From Octopus bimaculoides (lineage: Eukaryota), in assembly GCF_001194135.2 (NCBI RefSeq), contig NC_068983.1:7702276-7766275 (forward strand): a stretch of DNA of 64,000 bases, in the 5' to 3' direction. Below are positions 28,245 to 41,244 of this stretch, piece after piece (position 1 is the stretch's first letter; each line of letters starts with the position of its first letter). Below the pieces are notes generated by a model. The model saw only the letters and a list, made by a program, of their open reading frames with translations. It was not told the origin of the DNA and made no database searches. Made by a program: the position numbers and the translations under genes.

Positions 28245-29626
28245 TATATATATATTAGATGCATATACTGACATCACTCTGTGTGTGTATATATATGTGC
28301 ATGTGTGTGTATATATGCACACTTATGTATGTATGTGTATATGTGTAAGTGTGCATATACTCACACAAATATGTAGACATAGATGTACACACATATGAAG
28401 GAAGAGAGAATCTATATACAAGTGTATATATAAAAACGTTAGTATAGAATGTGTATAGAGGTATGATAGTAATTATATAATTACTAAAGATGTATGGAAT
28501 ATACACTTGTGTTTGTAAGTATGTATATGTATAGCAATCTCTGTCTATTAATATATAAATATCTATATCCTCTGCACATGTGTATGTATAAATATGCCTG
28601 TGTCTACATATGTTTCTATGCACACACCTGTTTACATATACACACATTAATGTGTGTGTGTGTGTGTATATATAAATATATATCTGTATGAATAAATGTA
28701 TGAATGTATATATGCATGTAAGCGTCTGTCTCTATGTGGGTATATGCACACACATCTACATATGTTCATATGTATTTATAAATCTGTGTACTGTGTTGTA
28801 TGTAAGTATACAAATGCACAAATGTGTATATGTATGCATTCATGTCTGTATGTATGTGCATATGTTTGTACGAGCATCTGTATGTAATCACATGTTTCTA
28901 TCACACACGCTATTTCACGTCGTGGCATGTTTTTTCTGTCTCCAATGAAGGAGAATTGATTAAACCAGCTCGATTGGCAAATACACACCAGCTCTTGCCA
29001 GAGTCACTGAGAAGGGATGAAGATAAAATCACAGAAATAGAGATGTAAGTGTTTTTGGTCCTATGTTGTGTTACAATTATTGACTGAATTTTCCATCCGA
29101 TATTAGGTAATCTTTAAGTTTAACCTACAAAACCCAGCTAAAATCAGTTCTTACTTAAATTACTTAAAGTACAATTTGTTAAATGGTAAATTTTTATTAT
29201 AACAAATACATAATTTTTATTGATACAAATTTCCCATATAATGTTGGGTAATCGTTAACTTTAACCTACAAAACCTATCAATCTCGCTCTCATTTTAACT
29301 ATATATTATTAAGTAGAAATTTCTGATATGTGGCTACATGGTAAGAAGTTTGCTTCCCAACTACATTGTTCTGAGTTCAGTCCCAGTGTGTGGTACCTTG
29401 GCCAAGTGTCTTCTGCTATAGCTTTGGGATCACCAAAGCCTTGTGAGTGGATTTGGTAGACGGAAGTTGAAAGAAGCCCATTGTATATATATATATATAT
29501 ATATATNNNNNNNNNNNNNNNNNNNNNNNNNNNNNNNNNNNNNNNNNNNNNNNNNNNNNNNNNNNNNNNNNNNNNNNNNNNNNNNNNNTATATACATACA
29601 TACATACATACATACATACATACATA

Positions 29627-29674
<48 letters not shown>

Positions 29675-30841
29675 CATACGTATATCCGTCCAACCCATGC
29701 CAGCATGGAAAGCGGACGTTAAATGACGACTACAATGATGATGATGATGATGATGTATATGTATATGTATATATCTATGTGTGTATGTGTTTGTTTCTAT
29801 CACCACCTGACAACCAGCGCAGATATGTCTGCATGCCTGTAACTTAGTGGTTCAGCATAAGATACTGGTATAATATGAACCAGGCTTAAAAAAAAAAAAA
29901 AAAAAAAGTACTAGGGTTGATTTGTTTAACTAAAATTCTTCAAGGCAGTACCCCAGCATGGCCGCAGTCAAATGACTGAAACAAGTAAACAATAATAAAG
30001 ATAAAAGAAATACAGTTTTATTGAATTTCTAACTTGTAAAATCTACCGCATTTCAGCTCAGATTTTAACTGTATTAGATTACATAGAAAATGTTGGCATT
30101 TCCAATAAATACAGTTTTATTGACACAAATTTATAAATAATACAAGGTAACCATTAAGATTAACCTGCAAACCTTTCTATATTCCAGCACTCATTTCAGC
30201 TATATAAGATTAAATGAATAATTTTGATCTTCTCAATAAATGAATTTTTATTGATTCAAATTCCCATATAATGTTAGGTAATCTTTAAATTTACCTGTGA
30301 AATCTAGCAAAAAATCAACTAAAACCTAAATTATATTTGTTACATGCACAATTTTAATATTCTGAAGAAATATTCATCTTTCAACAAATGCTAATTTAGT
30401 AGTATAAAACTTCTTTTTTTTTTCAATAATATGGATATATAAAGATAACTGTATAGTTTTAAGTTTTGTAGGTTAAAACTAAGGTTAACCCATAAATATT
30501 TCCATTGTATTTTTACCATTATTGACTAATTATTTTTTTTATACAGTATTGTTCTAATACAATATTCGTTATTCGTTATTTGCATTAACTTTCTTTATAC
30601 TGTTTTTGAAAAAAATATACATCATTTTTATATTTTGAAAAAAAATATATCATTTCTTTCTTCTTTGGTTGTGTGCTTAATATATGAATTTATAATTGTA
30701 TATATTTTAAAACATATTCTGGCTGAATATACACATGTACACACATGTGGGTATGGATATATGTTGCCACATGTGCCTATATATGTGTGAGAGTGTATGT
30801 GTGTATGTGTTTGACTATATGTACATGTCTAATACAGTGCA

Positions 30842-30914
<73 letters not shown>

Positions 30915-31209
30915 TACATATATATATATATACACACATACATATACGTTTATAAATATATTTATATGTTTGATATTTGTCTTATACATGCACACATGTA
31001 CATACACACACACACACACAAACACACACCCATACATATGTATATATATGTACACACACACACTCATTCATATATATTTATATATACATGTACAAGTATG
31101 CGTGTACTACACATATGAAGCAGGATTCACAAGAGTTGCCTGCAATCAATAAGTGAAGTGTGAAGTGTTGGTTTCACTTGGTTAAACTTGTTAAACTAAC
31201 ACACGCGTG

Positions 31210-31400
<191 letters not shown>

Positions 31401-32589
31401 TGGGCGTGCATGCATGTGTTTGTGTGTCTGAGTCTGTGCATATACATTTATAGTTCATACTCCATGATCTATGTACTGGTTAAGCTATAGATTGAGTAGT
31501 GCATATTACATAGCAGTTGTAGTACATAGTATGCACTAGATTATTTCACACAATAGATTAAAATGTATGCCTATCGTATTTTCAGTATGACCTGGTATCA
31601 AGTACCATGCATTCAAGCTTTGTTTTGGATATCTGTGCAATTGTAAGCAGACACTGAGATCCCTTGCCCCTTCCAGTGCCTGAAGTAGGGTCAATGACCA
31701 CTGGAAAGTCTGAGGGGGTGTCAATGACCCCTTGGAACATCTAAAATAGCACAACTGCCCCAGTACTTTACTGGGACTCGTTTTAGCTAAATTGATTGGC
31801 ACAATGTAAATCGTTTGTTCATTCATCGTTTAACGTCCGCTTTCCATGCTAGCATGGGTTGGACGATTTGACTGAGGACTGGCAAACCAGATGGCTACAC
31901 CAGGCTCCAATTTGATTTGGCAGAGTTTCTACAGCTGGATGCCCTTCCTAACGCCAACCACTCCAAGAGTGTAGTGGGTGCTTTTACGTGCCACCAGCAT
32001 GAGGGCCAGTCAGGCAGTACTGGCAATGGCCACACTCAAAATGGTGTATTTTACGTGCCATCTGCACAGGAGCCAGTCCAGCGACACTGGCAACGACCTC
32101 AGTAACTTATTCAAGTAAACTACATTTGACTTGGCCTGGGAATCGAACCCATGACCTAATTATTGCCAGCCCATGCCTCAACCACAAGGCCACACTCTTT
32201 CACACATACTATATACTAGATGTAATATATGCTATATGCACTTCATAGTAACTGGCACGCTGTTGGTTACGATGATATGTGTTCCTGTTGATCTGGACTA
32301 TGGCACAGCCTGCTCTTATAATTAACATGCAAGTGGTTGAGTACTACACAGTCATGTCTATGCTTAATGCAGTTCTCAGGGAGATTCAGCATGACACACC
32401 AAATGTGATAATGCTGGCCCTTTGAATTCCAGATTATGCTGGTCCTTTGAATTCCAGGTGCAACTCATTTTTGCCAGCTGAGTGGATTGGAGCAACATGA
32501 AATAAAGTGTCTTGCTGAAGGACACAACACACGACCAGGAATCAAACCCACGACCTTACGACTATATACATGACTAGTATATGTATATA

Positions 32590-33014
32590 GGCGTAGGCGT
32601 AGGAGTGGCTGTGTGGTAAGTAGCTAGCTTACCAACCACATGGTCCCGGGTTCAGTCCCACTGCGTGGCATCTTGGGCAAGTGTCTTCTACTATAGCCTC
32701 GGGCCGACCAAAGCCTTGTGAGTGGATTTGGTAGACGGAAACTGAAAGAAGCCCGTCGTATATATGTATATATATATGTATGTGTGTGTATATGTTTGTA
32801 TGTGTGTGTTTGTCCCCCCTATCATCGCTTGACAACCGATGCTGGTGTGTTTATGTCCCCGTAACTTAGCGGTTCGGCAAAAGAGATCGATAGAATAAGT
32901 ACTAGGCTTCGAAAGAATAAGTCCTGGGGTCGATTTGCTCGACTAAAGGCGGTGCTCCAGCATGGCCACAGTCAAAAGACTGAAACAAGTAAAAGAGTAA
33001 AAGAGTAAAAGAGT
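32590..33014 (+). mobile_element. tRNA-derived SINE family B, full-length copy
   Basis: A-box-like TGGCTGTGTGGTAAG, B-box-like GGTTCAGTCCC, central (TA)n(TG)n tract, and a 3' end ...gactgaaacaagtaaaa(gagtaaaa)n. More than 12 copies in the window. Confidence 0.85.
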
Positions 33015-33440
33015 ATCATCGTCATCATCATCATCATCATCATCATCGTCGTCGTCGTCATCATCGTCATCGTCGTTTAACGTCTGCTTTCCATGCTGGC
33101 ATGGGTTGGATGGTTTGACTGAGGACTGGCCAGCCGGGAGGCTGCACCAGGCTCCAATCTGCTCTGGCAAGGTTTCTATAACTCCAAGAGTGTAGTGGGT
33201 GCTTTTTATGTGCCATTGGCAACGACCACGCTTGAATGGTGCTTTTTACGTGTCACTGGCACAGGAGCGAGCCAGTCAGGCAGCACTGGCAATGACCACG
33301 CTCAAATGGTGCTTTTTACATGTCACTGGCACGGGAGCCAATCAGGCGGCACTGGCAGCGACCATGCTCAAATGGTGCTTTTTACGTGTCACTGGCATGG
33401 GAGCCAGTCAGGCGGCACTGGCAATGGCCACGCTCGAATG
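33015..33440 (-). mobile_element. Family A copy with expanded tail and three or more 66-70 bp internal repeats
   Basis: cactggc...gagccagtcaggc...cactggcaatg...aatggtgctttttac units start at 33254, 33324 and 33390. Confidence 0.8.
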
Positions 33441-33784
33441 TATACATATAGGCGCAGGAGTGGCTGTGTGGTAAGTAGCTTGCTTACCAACCACATGGCT
33501 CCGTGTTCAGTCCCACTATGTGGCACCTTCGGCAAGTGTCTTCTACTATAGCCTCCAGCCAACCAAAGCCTTGTGAGTGGATTTGGTAGACAGAAACTGG
33601 AAGATTTGGTAGTCGGAAACTGGTGGATTCATCACCATCATCATCATTAACGTCATCATCATTATCATAATCTAAAAACGTTCCTAGACATTAAACAATT
33701 TTTTAAACTTGATATCTTTTCTCGTAGAACACTTCGGAGGGATTTTTACTACCTCGGCAAGATAGGATTTTCTTTAGTTGGATA

Positions 33785-33938
33785 TATAAACGCACTCAGT
33801 TTGTTTCCATTATATTCAACCCCTCGTGGCCACTGCTATTTAACAGCGATAATTCATGGGAACCTGTCTCACTGAACACCGACTGAAAACGCGAGGAGTT
33901 GCAAAAACATCTAGATGTCTCGGATGCTCTACCGTAAG
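33785..33938 (+). promoter_or_regulatory. Candidate TATA promoter and non-coding first exon of the TRPV gene
   Basis: TATAAA at 33785, TCAGTT at 33796, CpG-containing non-repeat sequence, donor AAG|GTAATT at 33938/33939. Motif-level evidence only. Confidence 0.25.
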
Positions 33939-34548
33939 GTAATTATAAATACGTTCTATCTATACATCTGTGTTCCTTGATTATGAGTAGCCTGGCTAAG
34001 GCTGTCCCCAATCTTGCCTTATAAGCAGTCCACATCTACTTGCCTCCAATCTAACATTTCTACAATCTTTATGTATCTGCCTTCCATCGCGCCAACGCTG
34101 ATGTTTGAAGCTCTACTCATTTTCGCCATTTGAATGGATTGGAGTAACGTAAACTGAAGCATTTTGGTCGAGAACATAGCACATAACCCAGTCCAGAAAT
34201 CAGCACTTACACACACACACAAAGTAGTAGCCATTGGTGTGGGTGCTTGTATATATATATATATATATNNNNNNNNNNNNNNNNNNNNNNNNNNNNNNNN
34301 NNNNNNNNNNNNNNNNNNNNNNNNNNNNNNNNNNNNNNNNNNNNNNNNNNNNNNNNATATATATGAATTTATATCACTGTATCAACTAGATCATCATATG
34401 TTATTATACACCATTGGTCACGATGCGCTTCCTCGTATTGCGGTAGCTTTCGAATGATGCCACTCCGCTGGTTAGACAAGCAGGCCAACATTCTGTTTCC
34501 AGTCCGTCTCGTAACAGGGTTACCGATTTAAATGTGACTGGATTGGAG

Positions 34549-35211
34549 TACGAGGGGCGTTCATTAAAGATTTCCCCTGACCCACTTCCCAAGGACTGGG
34601 ATAAACGAAACTTGCCATAATTATTAATCCTTCTCTACATAGTCACTACCAATGGTGACACACTTCTCTCATTGCTTTATGAAGCTGTGAAGACCTCGTC
34701 TGTTGAGAAGCTGGTAGGTTGCGTCTGGAGCCAAGACATTACTTCAGAAAGAAGTTCATTATCATCCGAAAAGTGCTTCCCCTTCAAAAAAGACTTTATG
34801 GTTAGAAAGAGGAGGAAGTCAGATGTTGCAAGATCGGAAGAATAAGGGAGATGAGGAAGAATTTCATAGCTGCAGGAGTGTGCTTTCGTCTGAGCAACAT
34901 GCGCATTGTGAATTGCGGCATTGTCTTGGAGGCGGCGGACTTCTTTGGTCAGCATGCCACGCCGCTTTGCTTTGAGGGCGCCACAAAAGCATATGCCTCG
35001 TTAATTGTGGTGCCCTTTACCAGAAAATCCATCGCCACTACTCCGCGCTGGTCTCAAAAGACTGAGTATCACCATACCTGCTGAGGGTTGGACACGAGCC
35101 TTCTTTGGAGGTGGTGAGTTATCATGCTTCCATTGCTTCAACTGAGAATCGAAACCACGATCCAGTGCTCCTTAATGCAATACTTTAACCACCAGGTCAA
35201 GCGCCTTCGTA
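34549..35211 (-). mobile_element. Internally deleted mariner (irritans-like) remnant
   Basis: Translates as SPPPKKARVQPSAG...LQDNAAIH...LPHLPYSSDLATSDFLLF...LKGKHF. TIR tacgaggggcgttc at 34549, with a degenerate inverted copy near 35198-35211. Confidence 0.85.
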
Positions 35212-36029
35212 CGTGTACACTCGTATAAATAAATATATAAATATATAAATTATTTATCTATGTTTTGCTAGCAGAGTATTATGTATGCAACTGTAAAGGT
35301 GAAGGTATTACGAAACAACTTTTTATTGGAACAAATCTAACTTAGTTTTATTTCTGGATTAATTGTTTGTTTGGTGAGCTGGTTGTCAGGAAAGGAATAT
35401 CAAAAGTTTCAACGCAACAAAATACTAGCAACCTCATGTTTTTTTCCTGCCAACCGTACTTATCAAACCTGTATGTACTTGGCAAAGGGACAGTTGCAGG
35501 AGTGTCTACCTATTACATATTTAATCAAGATCTTCTCAGTTCAATCAAGCAAAATTTATTGAGGTTTGCGATTGATTTTGACTAGGCACTGGGCCAATGT
35601 TATTTAGAATAGCGTAATAGTTAATTCTGTGAATTGGTGTAGAATAGTGGTAAGATCCTGGTGAAGTGAGTCTGCAATACATGTTTCATTGGTGATTATG
35701 CAGTTTATTAAGATTATAGTTTTATGAATTATTAACCACTTTATGTCAATCTGGGCGGTGACAGCTGTATTTCAGCATCTATAAAATATTTGGTTTATGG
35801 ACGCATTGGACATCAGTATCAAGATCCCCCCACGTAATAATCTTGCATTTGTACTAAAAAAAAAGGGTTCTATATCCGAGGAAAACAAGGAAGAAAAACG
35901 GCGAAAAAAGTCACCAAAATGTTGTCTTTTACCAAAGACACTTTTAATAAAAATCGAGAATTTCTGAGAAACAAAGAAATCGTTAGAAGAGCGAAGGCTC
36001 TAAGACGTGATAGTGTAATAAGGATGCAA

Positions 36030-36600
36030 TTGGTTAGTTACCCTCTGCAGGAGCTAAATCATCAGGATGCAAGGACAGTAGGAAAGGGAAGAAAATAGCA
36101 CTGGATGCCATGGCGTGATTTTGTTTAAGGTAGACCGCCACTTGCCAGGCAGAAGCCCACTCACTTGGCTCAGAGGATGTCATCAGTGGCACCATGGAGG
36201 AGACGTACTGACTTTGACCTGTGAGTTGCAGCGAGCTGTTGTGGATCAGTTCTTTTAGGTCACGCCTTGTAGCCAGCTCGCTTGGCATTGCCTTCTTTCG
36301 CTGTCACAGCCATTGAGAGACATAGATGTCGCTTCGTCTGCCTGATCAACCGTTGAGGACTTGATGATTCCTTCTCGTAGCCTTAGCCTAAAGAGGCATC
36401 CTGCAAGGCAACATGGGAGGATCCAATTTTTACCTATTGGTGGGGCCCTAACAAGTGCTACCACTCCGGGCCAGAGCGGACCTGGGAGAAATGGCAACTA
36501 AGGGGTGTCTCCACGCTCCTCATAACTCCTGTCCTCCCGAACTGGAGCTTCACCACCGGTTGCAGTTTTGTGTCTTATGGCTACCAGCAGGAAAGAGGAA
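36030..36600. mobile_element. Decayed non-LTR retroelement remnant(s)
   Basis: GC-richer block with PGRSPLTWL-like codons resembling RTE C-termini, followed by a repeat-like ccactccgggccagagcggacctggg segment. Weak. Confidence 0.35.
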
Positions 36601-37358
36601 CCGCAGAATACCACGATTTCGAACCATTCAAGAAAAGCTGAAGACTGTCAAGAAAAAAAAAAAATAGAACACTAGAGAACTGCTGTCTGATACACCAAAA
36701 TGCTCAAGTTGGACTGAATGACTGAGTATAAGACAATGAAAACCATGAAATGGGTAAACGGATAAATATCAAAAACATGGCCGGGGAGGAAGATGGTGGA
36801 AATAAGTAATTGTTTGATTATCGGGAGAAATAGAGAGAGGATGTTGCGTCTCTTGAAATGTCCCTCAGTGTCCTTTGGTTATCGATTTTGATTGATTAAT
36901 CGATTGATTCAATGAATCTCCTTTGTAGCATGTATATTTACTTGTAATTTTATGGATTGTTAGACTTATTTTTAGTGTAAACATCAACAACATTCATATC
37001 CTTCCTTTGAGAACATTAATTCTGAATAAGAACTGATTTAGATCTTACTGACCAACCCATGACCGCACAGAGAACCGATGGAAAGGGTTTAAGATGGAGA
37101 TGATAGTGATGATGATATTGTTGTTGTTGATGATGATGATGAGGACGATGATGAGGATGATGATGAGGATGATGATGATGATTGTTTTAAAGTTTAGATC
37201 AGTTCGATTTCCGATTATCATTAACTGTTTAATTTCTGCGTATTCTGGTACACGATTCCGGACAAATTTCAAAATAGGAATCTCGTATTCTAAATTTGGC
37301 GTTTAGTGTGTATGTGCCATTAGTCTAGGGAATAACGCCTAATGACACGTGGACGCAC

Positions 37359-37405
<47 letters not shown>

Positions 37406-37589
37406 ATATTACAACTGAATTCTTATTTCGCGGCTTGAGTTTCATGCTACTGTGATCTTACATCACATCCTTATATGCAAATATACATACATACACGCAT
37501 GCGCACGCACACTCACATGTATGTATCTATCTATCTGTGTGTGTGTATGTGTATGTGTGTGCGTGTCTGTGTGTATGCGTGTGCGCGTG

Positions 37590-37870
37590 TGTTTCGTCGG
37601 CGACGAAACCGGCGACCCTATCAACCCTGCTTGTCAAGGAGTGTGGTTTTCGATGGACACTCTGCAGGACGGAGAACAAAACCTGTCAAAGGACGGATTA
37701 ACTCAATAATCAACAACCACCCAACAGCTGGAAGTGAGAGATACCCAGTCTTTGTTTAGATCTCTCTTTAGGAGAAGGAAAACTGAGATGTAACACCCGC
37801 AACTTCGTTTCTATCTAATAATGTTGATCAGATCTTCTTTTAGGGCAAAGGTACACATTGTTTAGAGAGT
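37590..37870 (+). mobile_element. Possible RTE 5' UTR remnant
   Basis: Contains taggagaaggaaaact, a motif I recall from RTE-clade 5' UTRs. No ORF. Confidence 0.3.
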
Positions 37871-38608
37871 AGGATTGGTCCTGTGCAAGGCTTTACCTCA
37901 TTTTAAAGAGCTTCAAGTGGAGGTCCATGGCTTAGTGGTTAGGGTGTCAAAATCATAATCGTAAGATTGTAGTTTCGATTCCTGGACCGGGTGACGCGTT
38001 GTGTTCTTGAGCAAAGCACTTCATTTCCTGTTGTTCCAGTTCACTCAGCTGACAACAATGAGTAATGCTACGATGGACTGGCGTCCTGTCCAGCTGGGGA
38101 ACCCATACCCCATTGAAACCGGGAAACCGGGCCCATGAGCCTGGCTAGGCTTTAAAAGGGCACATTTATTATTTTTAAAAAGCTTCAAGTACAGGCATCA
38201 CTTGATTTTTAACACCTCTATTATGCGTTGTATATTGTGGTTGGTCATTATCGAAAATGACAAAACAATCAATGAAAAATTCCATGATGGAATGAAAGCA
38301 TGTGTCAAGTTGAGTAATAACTCTTTGAACGCCTGCTGCAAGTGATTACTATCGTTGCCACATCCGTACAAACGTGTGTAGGTTCCTAGCGGAACTGAAA
38401 AGTCGTATTCAAGCTGTTTTAAGAGAACAATCNNNNNNNNNNNNNNNNNNNNNNNNNNNNNNNNNNNNNNNNNNNNNNNNNNNNNNNNNNNNNNNNNNNN
38501 NNNNNNNNNNNNNNNNNNNNNNNNNNNNNNNNNNNNATATATATATCTGTCTGTCTCTATGTATGTATGTATGTATGTAAGGAATATGTACAGGAATATA
38601 TAGAGAGA

Positions 38609-39007
38609 AGATACTCTTTTACTTGTTTCAGTCATTTGACTGCGGCCATGCTGGAGCACCGTCTTTAGTCGAGTAAATCAACCCCAAGACTTATTCTTTG
38701 TAAGCCCAGTGCTTATTCTATCGGTCCGTTTTGCCGAACCGCTAGGTTACGGGGACGTTTACACACCAGCATCGGTTGTCAAGCAATGCTAGGGGGACAA
38801 ACACAGATACACAAACATACACACGCACATCCATATATATATATACATATATACGAGGGGCTTCTTTCAGTTTCCGTCTACCAAATCCACTCACAAAGCT
38901 TTGGTCGGCCCGAGGCTATAGTAGAAGACACTTGCCCAAGGTGCCACGCAGTGGAACTGAACCCAGAACCATGTAGTTGGTAAGCAAGCTACTTACCACA
39001 CAGCCAT
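38609..39007 (-). mobile_element. SINE family B, full-length. Other copies: 7465-7870(-), 15577-15945(-), 25512-25780(+), 29330-29475(+), 46770-46890(+), 51435-51820(-), 62280-62962(-)
   Basis: Reverse complement of the 32590-33014 sequence; boundaries are approximate. Confidence 0.85.
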
Positions 39008-39269
39008 TGATAGAAATCAGAAACGAACCCGGCTGAACTTAGGATGGGGTTAATAGTCTGATAAGTGATAAACAGTCTTGTAAACAATAGCTATAACAAA
39101 TAAATCAGTAATTAATTAATTAGCAATAAAGAAGTGGAGTACAATCAGTAAGGCAATCTGTGTGTTTTATTGGCAGAATACCATCTTCTCCATAAGTACA
39201 AGAGCCCAGACGGAGATTTGATGAGTAGTTTCATTTCACTCACGTGAAGACGCGTGGCTTAGTGGTTAG

Positions 39270-39617
39270 CAGGGCCCTCGCTAAGCCCCTGTGGACTTTG
39301 TGGATTGTCTATAATATAGATTGAACACGAACTTAGTTCTCAGGTTGATTATTCTGAATTGATCGATGATTTCGAGAAGCGAAAAGTGCTTCGTGTTAGT
39401 CTTTGAAAGTTGCCTGGATTATAAAAGTGCTCTTTTATTTGTTGAGTTTTTAACGGTGTTCTTTACGATAACGTGAAATATTGAACTTGAGATAGAATTA
39501 AGTAAGATATAGCTATGAATAAAAGGTGCGTAGATTATGAATTTTGATTGAAGAGATGGGGCCTCGACACAAAAAGTTGCAGGGGAGGGGGTCTCTAAAA
39601 GTCACGCGACGGAGCTG
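39270..39617 (+). mobile_element. Non-autonomous hAT element nested inside a SINE
   Basis: Ends cagggccctcgc / gcgacggagctg (9/12 inverted). 8-bp TSD GTGGTTAG / GTGGTGAG. The interior encodes a decayed hAT C-terminus GLSII*IEHELSSQVDYSELIDDFEKRKVLRV. Confidence 0.75.
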
Positions 39618-39829
39618 GTGGTGAGGGTGTTGCACCTACGATCACAAGATCGCTGGTTTCGATTTCTGGACCGAGTGGTGGTTATGTTCTTGAGCAAACC
39701 ACTTCATTGCTAGTCACTCCAGTCCACTCAGCTGTAAATGGGTGACCCTGCGATGGACTTTCGTATCGTTCGAAGAGAATGTTGTGACCTCAGTTGCTCA
39801 TACGCCATGGGAACCCTGTTGGTCTATAC

Positions 39830-40580
39830 CAGGGGTTCACAACCTGGTCCATGTGGACCACTAGATGGTCCACGGGAAAATCCAGGTCGGCCACAGGAAA
39901 ATTCAGATGGTCTGTGGAAAATTTTCTGTGCTCCATTTGAAGAATTAAAATTTTTCCGTACACGCACATGTCGTGCAAACGAAATATGCCTCATCGCATA
40001 TGCGTGAGCACATACAAGTGCACTCATTGCCTATTGGTCAATTAGCTGTCCAATCATACACGGGACGCATACCAGGACAGGTACAGAGGCGTACAATCGG
40101 ATCCACGTTTGCGCGCATTAAAAACACACAAAGAATTATGTGTTCTCGGCTGGTCAACGCGATCGTGTTTTCTACCTGACTTTTGAATTGAAGATTACTA
40201 ACGAAACCGAAGTTCTTAAAGCTTACCCAACATATCGTATTATCTCTCCAGGTACGTACATTTTTACGCAAGTGTTAGTCTAATTGTAATCTGTAGAAAT
40301 TTTGCTGTCAGTGATATGGAAAAACATTCCCTTAACTTTCCGTCCACCGACTCGGAAAAAAGATTCTGTAGACGATATCACGAAGTTTAAATCAAATAAG
40401 ATTTTGTATCCAGTATAGAAGATCCTTTTTTTACCACAGTGTATTATCTGCTCAAAAGTATTAACTAACGATTCAATGAAACCCTCGAAATTGATGTATC
40501 ATCTACAAAAAAACCATCCTGGTTTATTTGGTAAGCCAAAGGAGTACTTCAAAGAATACCATCGCAAAAATAAAAAATAA
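39830..40580 (+). mobile_element. hAT Charlie/Buster-like 5' fragment with BED zinc finger
   Basis: Starts CAGGGGTTCACAACC. Positions 40431-40580 translate as LPQCIICSKVLTNDSMKPSKLMYHLQKNHPGLFGKPKEYFK (CxxC...HxxxxH). Confidence 0.8.
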
Positions 40581-40851
40581 AAAACTGTCTCATCTTCTCG
40601 CTCAAAAATTTCCTCGTCCATACTAACAACCGTTCTGGTCTGCAGGCGTCCTATAACATCTTATTTTTTGAGTTCAAATGTCACTAAGGTCGACTTCACC
40701 TTTTACCCTTTCAGTGTTGATAAGTACCAGTCAAGCACTAGAGTCGATGTAATGAACTTACCCACTCCCCTAAACTTGCAGGCCTTGTGCCTAAATTTGA
40801 AACCATTATCTATAACTTCACCTACTCTGAGTTCAACCAATAAAACGTATT

Positions 40852-41066
40852 CTTTTCTACGCTAGGCACAAGGCCCGAAATTTTTTGGGAAGGGGGCCAG
40901 TCAATTAGATCGACCCCAGTACGCAACTGGTACTTAATTTATCGACCCAGAAAAGATGAAAGGCAAAGTCGACCTCGGCGGAATTTGAACTCAGAACGTA
41001 AAGACAGACGAAATACCGCCAGGCATTTCGCCCGGCGTGCTAACGTTTCTGCGAGCTCGCCACCTT
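40852..41066 (-). mobile_element. tRNA-derived SINE family C (Nin/Deu-like core), full-length, 16-bp TSD
   Basis: B-box GAGTTCAAATTCC; core ggtcgactttgcctttcatc.tt..gggtcgataaattaagtacc; TSD accaataaaacgtatt at 40836-40851 and 41067-41082. The Nin/Deu resemblance is from memory of that domain. Confidence 0.85.
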
Positions 41067-41163
41067 ACCAATAAAACGTATTATTACGCGTCTTTTGAAG
41101 TTTCTAAATTCTTGTGATGCAAACAGTATTTCTAAATGTTTTATTTCTTTTCCTGTGTTATAG

Positions 41164-41244
41164 GACTGTTCTCTGCCCAATTTTCCCGAAACACAGCTGT
41201 TATGATCTCCAATGGATTTTACCATTTGAACTAAATCTTCAAAG
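41164..41244 (+). other. 5' UTR part of the first coding exon (spliced; implies an upstream non-coding exon)
   Basis: Polypyrimidine tract plus TAG acceptor ends at 41163 (ttttatttcttttcctgtgttatag|G). In-frame stops lie upstream of ATG 41245, which has a strong context (aagATGG). Confidence 0.6.

Noticed and set aside
39800-39815. X-box-like acgccatgggaac upstream of the TRPV exon
   Set aside because: Only one half-site matches and it lies in a SINE tail; I found no full RFX X-box near the gene start.
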